Source: Candidatus Curtissbacteria bacterium
GTDB lineage: Bacteria > Patescibacteriota > Microgenomatia > Curtissbacterales > GWA2-41-24
Length of the DNA: 64,000 bases
NCBI GenBank assembly: GCA_016183325.1
Contig: JACPEV010000008.1
Span: 472 to 64,471, forward strand
Direction: 5' to 3'
Below are positions 17,055 through 27,755 of this stretch, in pieces; position 1 is the first letter of the stretch, and each line of letters starts with the position of its first letter. The notes beneath the pieces are model-generated. The model ran no database searches and was not told the DNA's origin. It saw only the letters and a program-made list of their open reading frames with translations. The position numbers and the translations under genes are program-made.

Positions 17055-18164
17055 TTAATAGTTAGTATATATAAAACGGGTGAGGATTTTTGCAGCGTCT
17101 TTGGGGAAGAATTTGGCGAGCTGATGAGCGCCTTTTTGATATTTTGAAAGATTTCGAGACATGTTTTGAACGGTTTTGATGAAAATTTCATGGGTTAGCA
17201 CTTCTTGTTTTAAGATAACCGCGCTTCCGGCTTTTTCCAAAATTTTGGCATTTGCCTGCTGTTCACCACTAGCTGACGCAGGCAAAGGGATTAGGATGGC
17301 AGGTTTTGCAACAGTTGCCAGTTCCCAGACAGTATTTGCACCGGAGCGGGAAATGACCAATAACGACTTTGAAAGTATGGACCCAATATCATCTGGATCA
17401 ATATCGGTAACTGGTAAGTAATTTTGTTTTTTTATTTGCTGGGCTTGTAGATGATCTTTTTTGAAGTTGGCAGTACCCAGTTGGTGAAGAACAGAGAACT
17501 GATCTAATTTATCAATTGTTTTGAAAATTAACTGATTGATAAAATGTGAGCCTTGATTGCCACCAGTAACAAAAACGAGACTTTGAGAATTTTGAAGAAA
17601 TTTTTTAATTTTAGTGTTAGAAGAAACAGTTTTGAAGATAGATGTTCTCAATAAATTACCTATAACTTCTGTCTTTGACGGGTCGAAAAATACTTTTGTT
17701 TGAGACCAGGTAAGAAACACTTTCTTAACGAAGAGTGCATTAAATTTATTGGCGAGACCTGGAACAACGGCTTGTTCATGAGTAATGGAGTCAATTCCCA
17801 AAAGCCATCCAGTAAAAACAATCGGTGATGAAACGTAGCTTCCGAAGGAAACAATTAGACTAGGTCTGATTCTAAGAAGAAAATAAAAACTTTGGAGAAA
17901 GCCAAGGGGAATTTTTAAGAGAGATAAAATTGTATATCTTGTGAATTTTCTTTGTAATCTACCTGTTACAATTTCAATAAACTCAATATTATTTTTAGTA
18001 ATTACTTGATATTCAGCAGAATAACTTTTTGAACCTTCTGTAGAATATTTACGTCCGAAAAAGTATATTTTTACTGATTCTTTTAGACGATCTTTTGATC
18101 TTAGCTCTTCTATGAGGGCGAGGGCTGGAGTGAGATGACCTCCGCAAATAACTATTTTTTTCAT
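17055..18164 (-). CDS. murG: MurG GlcNAc transferase
   Basis: GGH.TPA, HEQ....GLAN, TGGNQG, SRSGANT, EQ..NA. Confidence 0.96.
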   Translation of the reverse strand: MKKIVICGGHLTPALALIEELRSKDRLKESVKIYFFGRKYSTEGSKSYSAEYQVITKNNIEFIEIVTGRLQRKFTRYTILSLLKIPLGFLQSFYFLLRIRPSLIVSFGSYVSSPIVFTGWLLGIDSITHEQAVVPGLANKFNALFVKKVFLTWSQTKVFFDPSKTEVIGNLLRTSIFKTVSSNTKIKKFLQNSQSLVFVTGGNQGSHFINQLIFKTIDKLDQFSVLHQLGTANFKKDHLQAQQIKKQNYLPVTDIDPDDIGSILSKSLLVISRSGANTVWELATVAKPAILIPLPASASGEQQANAKILEKAGSAVILKQEVLTHEIFIKTVQNMSRNLSKYQKGAHQLAKFFPKDAAKILTRFIYTNY

Positions 18165-19270
18165 GACTGTCTTTTAATATTTAGCAAAATGCCGATTGAT
18201 GTCATGGTGACAAAAAGTGAAGAACCTCCGTAAGAAATGAATGGCAAGGGAACGCCAGTCAAAGGAACCAAGGCAACTACTGACGACAAATTAAAAAGGA
18301 TTTGGACGGAAAGTAAACCAATTATACCCATGGCCAAAATTTTACCTTGGTAATCAGGTGCTAATCGGGCAATATGGATGGATCTTTTTATTAAAAACAA
18401 AAAAAGACAAATCAGGAAAACTGCTCCTACAAAGCCCAGTTCTTCGACCACCACTGCGAAAATAGCATCGCTTTGTATTTCAGGAATGAAATCAAATTTA
18501 CTTCTGGAACCACCTAATCCAACCCCTAAAAGTCCTCCAGACGAAAGAGCAATTAAAATTTGATAAATCTGGTAAGAAGCACCTTGAGGATCGTGAGTTG
18601 GGTCAAAAAAAGATTTAACTCTTTCTATTCTGTAAGGGTGAGTAAAAACGGCCATAACAGCGGCCAGTATAATGGGGGGGATTATCAGAATAAAGTGAAC
18701 AATTGGGCCTCTGCCGACGAAATAAAGAATTAATGCGACAGCAATAAAAATTAGTGATGTGCCAAGATCGGGCTCTAATAATACTAAAGCACTGATAACA
18801 GCCGCTGGTAAAAAAATAACAACCAGAGCATCTGTAAATTTAATCTTGTACTTTTCAAATTTAGAAATTATGGCTGTTTCGTATAAAACGAGAGCAAGTT
18901 TGGCAACTTCTGAAGGCTGAAAAGTGAAACCTGCTGCGCTGATCCAACGTCTGGCCCCGTAAATTTTGGTGCCAACTCCTGGAATCAAAACTATCAATAA
19001 TAAAAGTATTGATATAGCCAAGAGAAAAGGCGCTACACGAATAAGTTTACGATAATCAAAAAAGCTAAAAAATCCCAAAGAAAAGAGACCAAGACTTGCC
19101 CAGATGAGCTGATTTTTAAAGTAATAAAGCTTATCGCCAAAATCCCTAAAGGCGGCAACCACTGAGGCTTCATAAATAATCACTAAGCCAAAGATAACAA
19201 GCAAGATTGTCACAACAATTAAAGGGATATCAAAGGCGCTTTTTTGAGAAAATAGATTCACCTGTCTCAT
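18161..19270 (-). CDS. ftsW: SEDS protein FtsW
   Basis: GARRWI, FQPSE.AK, EPDLGT, P.TGVPLPFISYGGSS. Confidence 0.96.
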   Translation of the reverse strand: MRQVNLFSQKSAFDIPLIVVTILLVIFGLVIIYEASVVAAFRDFGDKLYYFKNQLIWASLGLFSLGFFSFFDYRKLIRVAPFLLAISILLLLIVLIPGVGTKIYGARRWISAAGFTFQPSEVAKLALVLYETAIISKFEKYKIKFTDALVVIFLPAAVISALVLLEPDLGTSLIFIAVALILYFVGRGPIVHFILIIPPIILAAVMAVFTHPYRIERVKSFFDPTHDPQGASYQIYQILIALSSGGLLGVGLGGSRSKFDFIPEIQSDAIFAVVVEELGFVGAVFLICLFLFLIKRSIHIARLAPDYQGKILAMGIIGLLSVQILFNLSSVVALVPLTGVPLPFISYGGSSLFVTMTSIGILLNIKRQS

Positions 19271-20622
19271 CTTTTTATTTTTTTGACTTCCGCCATAAAC
19301 TGCTCTCCTCTGTCTTGGTAATTTTTAAAAAGATTAAAGCTCGATGATGCCGGAGACAGGAGACAAATCTTTCCCTTTTGTGTAACTCTTCCAGCGGTTT
19401 TTACGGCTTCTTTCATATTTTTTACAAAGAAATGTTTTGGCTGATATCCCTTCTGAATTTTTATGCCGTCTAAAATTATTTTACCTGTTTGAGGGAAAAG
19501 TATTACATTTTGAATTTTTTCATCGATTATTTTTTTTGACAGCTGGGAATAATCTACCCCTCTATCATATCCTCCAACGATTAGAGTGACTACATTGGGG
19601 CTGAGAGTTTCAAGCGCAGCAATTGTAGCTTCTGGTATCGTTGCGATTGAATCATTGTAAAAATCGATTCCTTTGAAATTGCCAATATATTGAAGACGAT
19701 GTTTTACCGGTTCAAACTTCTTAACAGAATAAGCGATGGACTGGTTTGAAACTTTTAATATCTTCGCTACAGAAACGGCAGCTAAGATATTGTTTAGGTT
19801 AAATATCCCTTTTAGCTTTGTCTCATTTATTTTTAAAATTTTTTCTCCATTATAAAATACCCATTCTCCGCTTATATAAGCACCTGTTTTCAATTTTCTA
19901 CTAATGCTAAACGGGATTTTAACAGAATTCCCTTTTTCAACAAGTTCGGTTACGAGTTCTGAATCATTATTGTAAATTACAAAATCTTCTTTTTTCTGCC
20001 ATTTGATAACATTCGTTTTTGCTTTTTGGTAATTTTCAAATCCGCCGTGATAATCCAAGTGTTCTTTATAAAGATTCAGAAAAACGGAAATGTGAGGACT
20101 TGTTTTTAAATCTTGCAATTGAAAACTTGAAAGCTCGTAGACGAAGAGGCTCGTACTACTTATTTTATCTATAAAATCAAATGGCGGATTACCTATATTT
20201 CCAACAAGTTCAACGTTTACCTTCGCATCTTTTAAGATTTTATATATTAATGAGCAAGTAGTAGTTTTTCCTTTTGTGCCTGTTACACCAATAATTTTAT
20301 CTTTGTAGTTTTCAATAAATATTTTTGTCTGGGAAGTAACTTTCACTGTTGTAGACTTTGGCAAGCGCATTCCAGGTGACCTAAAAATCACCTCATAAAG
20401 ATTTAAAGATCCCATGTATTTTTTGCCCAAGTGAGGCTTTAATTTCTTATCTCTGGTTATTATTTTCTGTAAATTTGCCTCGAGTTGTTTTGGAGTTTTT
20501 TGATCAGCAATCCCTATTATTTTATAGGGAAATTTTTTTCTAATAAATTTAAGGGTTGAGACTCCTTCTTTTCCTAAACCTAAAATCAGTACTTTTTTAT
20601 CTTTCAACTCATTGAGATTCAT
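19267..20622 (-). CDS. murD: UDP-MurNAc-L-Ala:glutamate ligase (MurD, probably L-Glu-specific MurD2)
   Basis: GVTGTKGKTTT, GNIG.P, ELSSFQL, FYNDSIAT, LLSPA; coupled to murL. Confidence 0.93.
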   Translation of the reverse strand: MNLNELKDKKVLILGLGKEGVSTLKFIRKKFPYKIIGIADQKTPKQLEANLQKIITRDKKLKPHLGKKYMGSLNLYEVIFRSPGMRLPKSTTVKVTSQTKIFIENYKDKIIGVTGTKGKTTTCSLIYKILKDAKVNVELVGNIGNPPFDFIDKISSTSLFVYELSSFQLQDLKTSPHISVFLNLYKEHLDYHGGFENYQKAKTNVIKWQKKEDFVIYNNDSELVTELVEKGNSVKIPFSISRKLKTGAYISGEWVFYNGEKILKINETKLKGIFNLNNILAAVSVAKILKVSNQSIAYSVKKFEPVKHRLQYIGNFKGIDFYNDSIATIPEATIAALETLSPNVVTLIVGGYDRGVDYSQLSKKIIDEKIQNVILFPQTGKIILDGIKIQKGYQPKHFFVKNMKEAVKTAGRVTQKGKICLLSPASSSFNLFKNYQDRGEQFMAEVKKIKR

Positions 20623-22001
20623 TTTTTGATTTTTGTTTTTAAGTTTTCAGCTATCTCTCTAGGCAAAAAGTTGTCATCATCCCAAGCAGTCAATATTTCC
20701 GGTCGATGTGAATTTTTATTCGCAGAAAAGTTCTGCTTATTTAATATATTTTCTTTTGCGTATCCAAGAAGATAAGGGAGAGATTCATTTTCTTCATTTA
20801 ACTTTTTGATACTTAATCTTATACCTTCCAATATCTCTTCATATGTTCCAACACATTCAAATGGCTTTGGCTTTTCTATTCCAGTTATGTACAAGAGCAA
20901 ATTCGATAGGTCTTTTTTTGCATAGAGATCTTCATTGAAAATTCCGCTCAATTCTTTTTTATTAACAAATGGATATAAAGAGATGTAAGTGGAAAGGCAC
21001 TTGGGGCATTTCCCACACCAACTGTCAGTTACCTGGCCCCTGTTGCAGCTTTTGAATACTTTGAAATATTTATTGTATGTTGAAAATAATTTTGAAATCT
21101 GAATTTCATAAAGGGGTCTAAGCAAACTTATGTACTCGATATCATCTGCAAGATTTTCTTTAAGATAGACTCTAAACGATTTTTCAAATTCAAAACTTTT
21201 AGAATACTGATGGTTTATCTTCTCACCCAAAAATTCAATATTCTCTTCGTTTGAGCTCCTTTCGTTTGAAGATATAACGAATTTGTAATCGAAGAGTAAA
21301 GCACAGAGAACTGAAAGGAAAGCAAGGTATGCGGAAAAAGGGGTGTGTCCATTTAGGTATCCGTTTGCGTTAAGTTCTAAAAGCTTTTTATCGATTTCTC
21401 TTGTTACCACTATCTGATCCTTAGCTTGCGATTCATTTTTCACTGCAATCGACGCAACAGTAGGATTGAGCATAAGAACAGACACTTCCTTTTTTAGCTC
21501 TTTAAGTACTTCCAGAGAAACAGTCGAGTCACGGCCGCCGCTATTCAAGACAACATATCTATCTTTATGTGTATTCTTATCTTTTTGATAATTATTTTTT
21601 GCATCATTTATGATATTTACAAAATTACCTTCATTGAAGTTTATATTGTTCCGGTAAAAGAATTCGCCTAGTCCTTCAATCAGTAAATTCTTCCACCATA
21701 CAATTTGATTTCGGTCTAAGCTACCCGTTTTTATCTCGATAGTTGGAGAACATGTTGCCTTCCAATAACTTATCATCTCGATCAGTCCCAAATTAAAGAC
21801 AAAATTTTTAACTATTGCTTCGTCTAAAGTGGAAAAAACTGCCTGATTGATATTTTCTATTGTTACTTTCGGATTAAATTTTATGCTTGGAGGAATTTCG
21901 AACAAAAAAGAAATTACAAGAGAATCACCTTCTTTTTTATAGTCAAAGCTTTCATACAAAAATGTAGGATGTTTATCTCTTAAAGAAGCAACTTTATCCA
22001 T
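20619..22001 (-). CDS. murL: UDP-MurNAc-L-Ala-L-Glu epimerase MurL
   Basis: SYWKA, SGGRDS PP-loop, LNGHTPFSA, SNERS, NHQYSKS, WCGKCPKC, KPFECVG. Confidence 0.85.
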   Translation of the reverse strand: MDKVASLRDKHPTFLYESFDYKKEGDSLVISFLFEIPPSIKFNPKVTIENINQAVFSTLDEAIVKNFVFNLGLIEMISYWKATCSPTIEIKTGSLDRNQIVWWKNLLIEGLGEFFYRNNINFNEGNFVNIINDAKNNYQKDKNTHKDRYVVLNSGGRDSTVSLEVLKELKKEVSVLMLNPTVASIAVKNESQAKDQIVVTREIDKKLLELNANGYLNGHTPFSAYLAFLSVLCALLFDYKFVISSNERSSNEENIEFLGEKINHQYSKSFEFEKSFRVYLKENLADDIEYISLLRPLYEIQISKLFSTYNKYFKVFKSCNRGQVTDSWCGKCPKCLSTYISLYPFVNKKELSGIFNEDLYAKKDLSNLLLYITGIEKPKPFECVGTYEEILEGIRLSIKKLNEENESLPYLLGYAKENILNKQNFSANKNSHRPEILTAWDDDNFLPREIAENLKTKIKK

Positions 22002-22006
22002 TTGCT

Positions 22007-23038
22007 TTAAAAAAATGACAGCCAGAGGCCAAAAGTTGCAAATATCATTTGTGCAAGCCAAAATCTAAAAACTATTTTAGGTTCTTCCCAGCCTTTATTT
22101 TGGAGCCAAAGATGGATGGGAGCGACTTCAAACAACTTTTTGCCCCTTAGTTTTTTGGAGAGAAGTTGAAGAAGTGATGAGGTGACTTCTATGACAAAAA
22201 CTCCACCAATTACGGCCAGGGCAATAGGCTTACCTAGAAGTAAACCGGACACGGCTAAGGTCGCCCCAAGAGAAAGAGCGCCTACGTCTCCGAGCCAAAT
22301 TCTGGCGGGCCAAATATTAAAATATAAAAAAGCAATGAGTGAACCAATTAATAATCCTATGAATGACGAGAGGGTTGTATCCAGTATTGAGCGAGACATA
22401 ATTAAAAAAGCAATTAAGGAGATGACTAATAAGCCTGCCGCCAGTCCATCCAGTCCATCTGATATGTTTACAGCGTTGGCAAATGAAACAATTACAAAAG
22501 CTGCAAAAGGCACATAGAAAATTCCTAGATCAAAAACATCAAAGAACCTGATATTAACCACATCAATTCCCAGATCTTTATAGAGTATCCAAGAAATTAC
22601 AAGTGCTAAAATCCATTGAATTAAAAATTTATATCTGAATCTTAAGCCCCAAAAATGTGCTCTTTTAAATCCAAAAGTTTTCCTTAGATCATCATATAGG
22701 CCTAAAATCCCGAATGAAAGAAAGGTGAAGAGAATTAATTGGATTTCACTTTTGTATGGATATATAGAAGTTCTTTCTATACCAAAAATTGGGGATAGGC
22801 TTGTTACAAAGAGAAATAAGATTGCAACGACAAAAATAATCAGGGTACCGCCGCCGACAGGAGTTCCAATTTTGTGGGCGTGGAGTTTGTCAAAAATTGG
22901 GGTTCTGGCTTCGAAGATATCTCTGGTTTTTTGCTTTTGGCGCTGAAATTTTATCTTGTAAAGTATATTAATGAATGGGACCAAAAGAACGCTGATGACA
23001 AAAAAAGACAAGAGGACTAATCCTAACAGTTGGACCAT
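22007..23038 (-). CDS. mraY: Phospho-MurNAc-pentapeptide transferase
   Basis: KIGTP.GGG, G.YDD, NAVN.SDGLDGLA, GDVG, APIH. Confidence 0.96.
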   Translation of the reverse strand: MVQLLGLVLLSFFVISVLLVPFINILYKIKFQRQKQKTRDIFEARTPIFDKLHAHKIGTPVGGGTLIIFVVAILFLFVTSLSPIFGIERTSIYPYKSEIQLILFTFLSFGILGLYDDLRKTFGFKRAHFWGLRFRYKFLIQWILALVISWILYKDLGIDVVNIRFFDVFDLGIFYVPFAAFVIVSFANAVNISDGLDGLAAGLLVISLIAFLIMSRSILDTTLSSFIGLLIGSLIAFLYFNIWPARIWLGDVGALSLGATLAVSGLLLGKPIALAVIGGVFVIEVTSSLLQLLSKKLRGKKLFEVAPIHLWLQNKGWEEPKIVFRFWLAQMIFATFGLWLSFF

Positions 23039-23150
23039 AAATTAAAAATTCGAAATCAGAAGCTCGAAATACGAAACTTTTTGAAATTGGAAAATTTTAA
23101 TTTTGAATTTGTTTCGATATTCGATATTCGGATTTACCCTTCATTATATC

Positions 23151-24377
23151 TTATTCCAGTGTCCCACAGTGGTAGCAATTAATCCTGGTCGATTTGCCAA
23201 GTAAACCTGAGATAATTCTCTCAAGGTGGGCATGACGAGAGCCTTTGACTAAAATTATAGTATTTGCAAGAGGAATTTTTTTTAGCTCCTTGATAACTTC
23301 ATTTGTACTCTTAGTGGCTGATGTTTTGCCTTTAAAACCATTTCTCTTGGTACTTTTGTTAATTTCTTCGGCTACGCTACCAACAGTCATCAGATAGTTG
23401 ACACTGCTTCTGGCGACTTTTTGACCTAGTAATCGATGTTCTTCTTTCGATATCTTGCCTAAATCTTTCATTTCACCAAAGACCGCGATTTTCTTCTTTT
23501 TCTTTCCAAGATCAATTAAAGTGTTGAGTGCTTCTTCTGCCGCTTTCGGTGATGAATTATAAGTATCGTCTAAAATGCAAATTTCTCCTTTTTTAATCGG
23601 GTTGAGCCGGTGCTGTGGAGGTTTAACTTGGAACAAACCTCTGGCAATTTGCTTCAGAGTCAGACCACAGATAATTCCAACTGTGGCAGCAGCATACGCT
23701 GAAAGCAATTGGTGACGACCGATTATTTTCCAGGAAACAGAAGCTTTTTGGCTATTATAGTGCATACGGAATCTGGATCCTTTCAGATTTTGTGCGAAGT
23801 GAGAAATTTTTATTCCATCTTTTGCTTTTTGGCCAAACCACCAAACACGAGCATGAGTCATTGGAGCCACTTTGACTACTTCTGGATCATCTGCATTTAA
23901 AACTGCATAGCCACTTTTAGGAAGACTTTTAACGAGTTTTGCTTTTTCACTGGCAACACCTTCAAGGCCGCCAAAGTATTTTGTGTGGGTTGGGGCTATT
24001 ATTGTGACGACAGCTATTTTAGGAGTGACTATTGATAGATAGTGATCCATATCGCCAACTTGTTCAACACCAAATTCTAGAATCATCTTTTGGTCCCAAG
24101 GTTTGGCAGAAAGTATAGTTTTAGGAATACGAAATGTTGGGTCCAAATTTTCTTCTCCGACGACTGTTTTGAATTTCTGAGAAAGAACGCTCGCAATAGC
24201 GTTTTGAGTTAAGGTCTTACCAACACTGCCAGTTATGGCGATTATTTCAAGATTTGGCAGAAGCTTCAGGTAATGTTTGGCAGCAAGAGTCCTGGAAATA
24301 TGAATCGGTTTTTTCCAGGCTTTGACTTGGCGATAAACATCCAAGTTGAACATATATTGAAAAACTATTATATACAA
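23151..24377 (-). CDS. murF: MurF ligase (short N-terminus; start may be 24353)
   Basis: AITGSVGKT, DDTYNSSP, GEMKDLG, LVKGSR. Confidence 0.93.
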   Translation of the reverse strand: MYIIVFQYMFNLDVYRQVKAWKKPIHISRTLAAKHYLKLLPNLEIIAITGSVGKTLTQNAIASVLSQKFKTVVGEENLDPTFRIPKTILSAKPWDQKMILEFGVEQVGDMDHYLSIVTPKIAVVTIIAPTHTKYFGGLEGVASEKAKLVKSLPKSGYAVLNADDPEVVKVAPMTHARVWWFGQKAKDGIKISHFAQNLKGSRFRMHYNSQKASVSWKIIGRHQLLSAYAAATVGIICGLTLKQIARGLFQVKPPQHRLNPIKKGEICILDDTYNSSPKAAEEALNTLIDLGKKKKKIAVFGEMKDLGKISKEEHRLLGQKVARSSVNYLMTVGSVAEEINKSTKRNGFKGKTSATKSTNEVIKELKKIPLANTIILVKGSRHAHLERIISGLLGKSTRINCYHCGTLE

Positions 24378-24406
24378 TAATCTCCATTAACGCAAACTAT
24401 GGGGCA

Positions 24407-25420
24407 TTACGAACTCTTGAATGCGAAACGAATGATTTTGTCTAAGAGCTGCGGGTAGGAAATACCATCAGCTTGCGCGGCCTTGGGCAGAAGAGACATG
24501 GGGGTTAATCCTGGAATAGTATTAACTTCTAAAACACAGACGTTATTCCCTTTTATAATCATGTCTACCCTACCGAAACCTCTACATCCAAGAGATCTAT
24601 ATGCATCAAGCGCTGCTTTTTGAGCTATCTTGGTTAATTTTTGGCTGAGCCTGGCTGGGACGATTTCTTTAGTTTGATTGTCGAAGTATTTGGCATTGTA
24701 ATCAAAAAATTGGCGAGTTGGCACAATTTCAACTAAGGGCAAAGCCGTTGGATTATCGTTACCAAGGATTGATCCGGTGAGTTCTATGCCTTTTATATAT
24801 TCCTCGACCAGAGCAAAACGACTAAAGCTTAAGGCTATCTCTAGAGCTTGTTTTAACTCTTTTCTTTTATTCACTTTGGAAGATCCAATTGATGATCCCT
24901 GGTTAGACGGTTTAATAAAAAGAGGGAAAGAAAATTGTCTCAAGACTTTTTTAAGACTGTTACCTTTTTCGAAAACGAGATATCGCGGGGTTTCCAAGCC
25001 TGCCTGAGTAAACAATTTCCTTGAGTAAATTTTGTCCATTCCGAGAGCTGAGGCTAAAACCCCGGATCCAGTGTAAGGAATGTCTATCAATTCTAAAAAT
25101 CCTTGAATAGTTCCATCTTCCCCAAAGTGTCCATGCATAGCTATAAAAAACAATTGACAATTGACAATTGACAATTGACCAAAATGATAATTTACTTTAC
25201 CAAGAATAAAAGATTTTCCATCTTTTGAAATTACAATGGGTAAAACTTCGTATTTTTGGAGATCCAAATTCTTGACCACTTCCCTACCCGAAATCAGAGA
25301 GATTTCATGTTCGGGAGATTTGCCGCCCATTAAAACGGCAACTTTGATTTTGCCAGTTTTGTTATTTTGTTTCTTTGATTTTGGCTCCAATGGTTGAGAG
25401 CCTTTCGACGATGTTTTCAT
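24407..25420 (-). CDS. ddl: D-Ala-D-Ala ligase (start uncertain)
   Basis: GGKSPEHEISL, HG.FGEDG, GSSIG, LEVNTIPG. Confidence 0.96.
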   Translation of the reverse strand: MKTSSKGSQPLEPKSKKQNNKTGKIKVAVLMGGKSPEHEISLISGREVVKNLDLQKYEVLPIVISKDGKSFILGKVNYHFGQLSIVNCQLFFIAMHGHFGEDGTIQGFLELIDIPYTGSGVLASALGMDKIYSRKLFTQAGLETPRYLVFEKGNSLKKVLRQFSFPLFIKPSNQGSSIGSSKVNKRKELKQALEIALSFSRFALVEEYIKGIELTGSILGNDNPTALPLVEIVPTRQFFDYNAKYFDNQTKEIVPARLSQKLTKIAQKAALDAYRSLGCRGFGRVDMIIKGNNVCVLEVNTIPGLTPMSLLPKAAQADGISYPQLLDKIIRFAFKSS

Positions 25421-26615
25421 ATCCCCTCTCTATTAATTCCGCTCTTTCTATGCGGCTTTCCCCTTGTGCAGCCAAAGCTGCTATAACAAGTGCAATGCCT
25501 GCCCTGATGTCTGGTGTGTCAAGTCTCTGGCTGTGAAGCTTAGTGGGGCCGTAAACTAAAACACGATGAGGATCAGCAATTTCTACTTTTGCGCCCATAG
25601 ATAGAAGTTTATCAACGAAAAACATACGTGATTCGTACATCCAATCATGAAGTATAGTGACACCTTCCGCTTGAGTTGCCAAAACAATCATTGGTGCCAT
25701 TAAGTCCGTTGGGAATCCGGGCCAAACATCAGTGACAACTTTTTCGATCGCAGTTAATTTGCCATCTCTGACTGTAAGAGTGTCTTGCTCGGTTTTGAAG
25801 TTAACACCAAATCTTGAAAGGGTTAAAAGGATCATATCTAGATCTTCTTCGATTACTGGAGAAATGTTGACTGTACCCTTAGTCACGGCAGCAAGAATCG
25901 CAAAAGTTCCGACTTCGATGTGATCAGGGCGGATAGTATGACGAGTTCCAGAAAGTTCATCAATACCCGTGATGGTAAGGATATTAGAACCAACCCCAGA
26001 TATAAGAGCTCCCATTTTAATTAAAAAATTACATAGATCGACAACATGCGGCTCTGAGGCAGCACGTTTAATAACAGTCTGCCCCTCTGCAAGACAAGCG
26101 GCCATGATGGCATTTTCGGTTGCGGTAACTGACGATTCCTGCAAAAAAATGTTTGCTCCCTTAAGTTTTCGAGCTTCCGCAACATAATAATCATCTTCCT
26201 TTTTAACAACTGCTCCGAGAGCTTCAAGCGCTTGAACATGGGTTTCAAGAGGACGTCTGCCGATTATATCTCCGCCAGGGTATCCCATTTTAACTTCACC
26301 AATCCTTGCTAACATCGGGCCAAGAAGAAGAACGGAGGCTCTTAACTTTTCTGTTAATTGGGAAGGGAATTGAGTCGCCTTGATTTTTTGGCAATCGACA
26401 GTTAAAGTCGATTTATCTTGAGTAATTTTTGCGCCGCAAGCTTCGAGCAGCTGAATCATCACGGAAACGTCGGAAATATTGGGAACGTTTTCTACTATAC
26501 AGGTGTCTTTGGTTAAAAGACAGGCAGTCATAATGGGAAGTACTGAGTTTTTATTACCAGCGATTTTGATGTCTCCTGAAAGCCTGTTTGCACCGATTAC
26601 TTCAAAGGTAGCCAT
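25362..26615 (-). CDS. murA: UDP-GlcNAc enolpyruvyl transferase (Asp at the fosfomycin-target Cys position: PGGDIIGRR)
   Basis: GNKNS, LRAS, SVTATEN, PGFPTD, DIRAG, RGYE. Confidence 0.97.
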   Translation of the reverse strand: MATFEVIGANRLSGDIKIAGNKNSVLPIMTACLLTKDTCIVENVPNISDVSVMIQLLEACGAKITQDKSTLTVDCQKIKATQFPSQLTEKLRASVLLLGPMLARIGEVKMGYPGGDIIGRRPLETHVQALEALGAVVKKEDDYYVAEARKLKGANIFLQESSVTATENAIMAACLAEGQTVIKRAASEPHVVDLCNFLIKMGALISGVGSNILTITGIDELSGTRHTIRPDHIEVGTFAILAAVTKGTVNISPVIEEDLDMILLTLSRFGVNFKTEQDTLTVRDGKLTAIEKVVTDVWPGFPTDLMAPMIVLATQAEGVTILHDWMYESRMFFVDKLLSMGAKVEIADPHRVLVYGPTKLHSQRLDTPDIRAGIALVIAALAAQGESRIERAELIERGYENIVERLSTIGAKIKETK

Positions 26616-26662
26616 TATAAAAAATTGAAAATTGAAAATTGAAAATTGAAAATTTCATTAAT

Positions 26663-27664
26663 TTAATCAAAGTCTCCGATGTAAAAGATTTCTTCCTTTA
26701 GATCAAGGCCATATGTTTGTTTAGCTTTAACCTTGATTAGATTAATTAATTTTATCACGTCGGCGGCCTTTGCTTCAGCTGTATTGATTATGAAATTGGC
26801 ATGGTGCTCTGAGACTTGGGCGCCTCCAATTTTTGTACCTTTAAGGCCAAGGCTCTCGATAATATAACCAGTAGACGTCGTTAAATTGGGTGTTGACAGC
26901 CTGATCGCATCTTTGTGGTTAATATTCCTAAAGGTACATCCAGAACAGGCAATTCCAATTGGTTGTTCTGCATTTCTTCGCTTGACTCCTTCCATGGCTT
27001 TTTGCCAAAGAACTGCCTTATCTTGAGCGGCGTCTAGCCTGAAGGTAGCATCCAAGACAATTTCGTCAGTATCTTGTATCGTTGAGTGGTCGTATGAAAA
27101 TTTGAAATAATCTTGAGCAACATTTTTTTTCTGGCCATTTTTAGGATCGAAAAGTGTTGCAGATACTAGGCGATTGCCAAGAAATTCTGCTCTTTCCACT
27201 TCAAAGTGTGCATTGATCTTTAAACCGCCGCCAACTGTTCCTGGAACAGAAAGTAAAAATTCCAGGCCTTCCAGGCCTTGGTCGATAGTAAATCTGGCAA
27301 GTTGATTCATGGGGGTACCGGAAGCTGTCCAAACCAGAGCGCTTTTAATACCTTGGCCATTTTTATTAATAGTACCTTTAATACCAACGAGTTTAACTTG
27401 AGCTGCCCTATTTTTGACAACAAGACCATCGAATCCTTTGTCACTGACTAAAACATTGGCTCCTCCGCCCAGAACAACAAATGGGACTTGGTACTCTAAA
27501 ACAGTTTTTAAGGCAAGTTTCAGGTCTTCGATGCTTTTGGCTTCGAATAATAACCTTGCTGGTCCACCAATTTTAAAGTAAGTATGCTTTGAAAGAGACT
27601 CGTTTTCGCGGACTCGCAGTATTCCGAGAATATTCTTTATTTCTTCTGTGATTTGCTGATCCAT
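26663..27664 (-). CDS. murB: UDP-MurNAc dehydrogenase
   Basis: HTYFKIGGPA, GGGANVL, PGTVGG, VSEHHANFIIN. Confidence 0.96.
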   Translation of the reverse strand: MDQQITEEIKNILGILRVRENESLSKHTYFKIGGPARLLFEAKSIEDLKLALKTVLEYQVPFVVLGGGANVLVSDKGFDGLVVKNRAAQVKLVGIKGTINKNGQGIKSALVWTASGTPMNQLARFTIDQGLEGLEFLLSVPGTVGGGLKINAHFEVERAEFLGNRLVSATLFDPKNGQKKNVAQDYFKFSYDHSTIQDTDEIVLDATFRLDAAQDKAVLWQKAMEGVKRRNAEQPIGIACSGCTFRNINHKDAIRLSTPNLTTSTGYIIESLGLKGTKIGGAQVSEHHANFIINTAEAKAADVIKLINLIKVKAKQTYGLDLKEEIFYIGDFD

Positions 27665-27755
27665 CTCTTTATTATTATCCTTGACTATATGGTATCTTGC
27701 ATAACATCCCCTAGGTGCGTGCATATTTCACCCCGGGGGTGGGTTAGCTTCGCAC

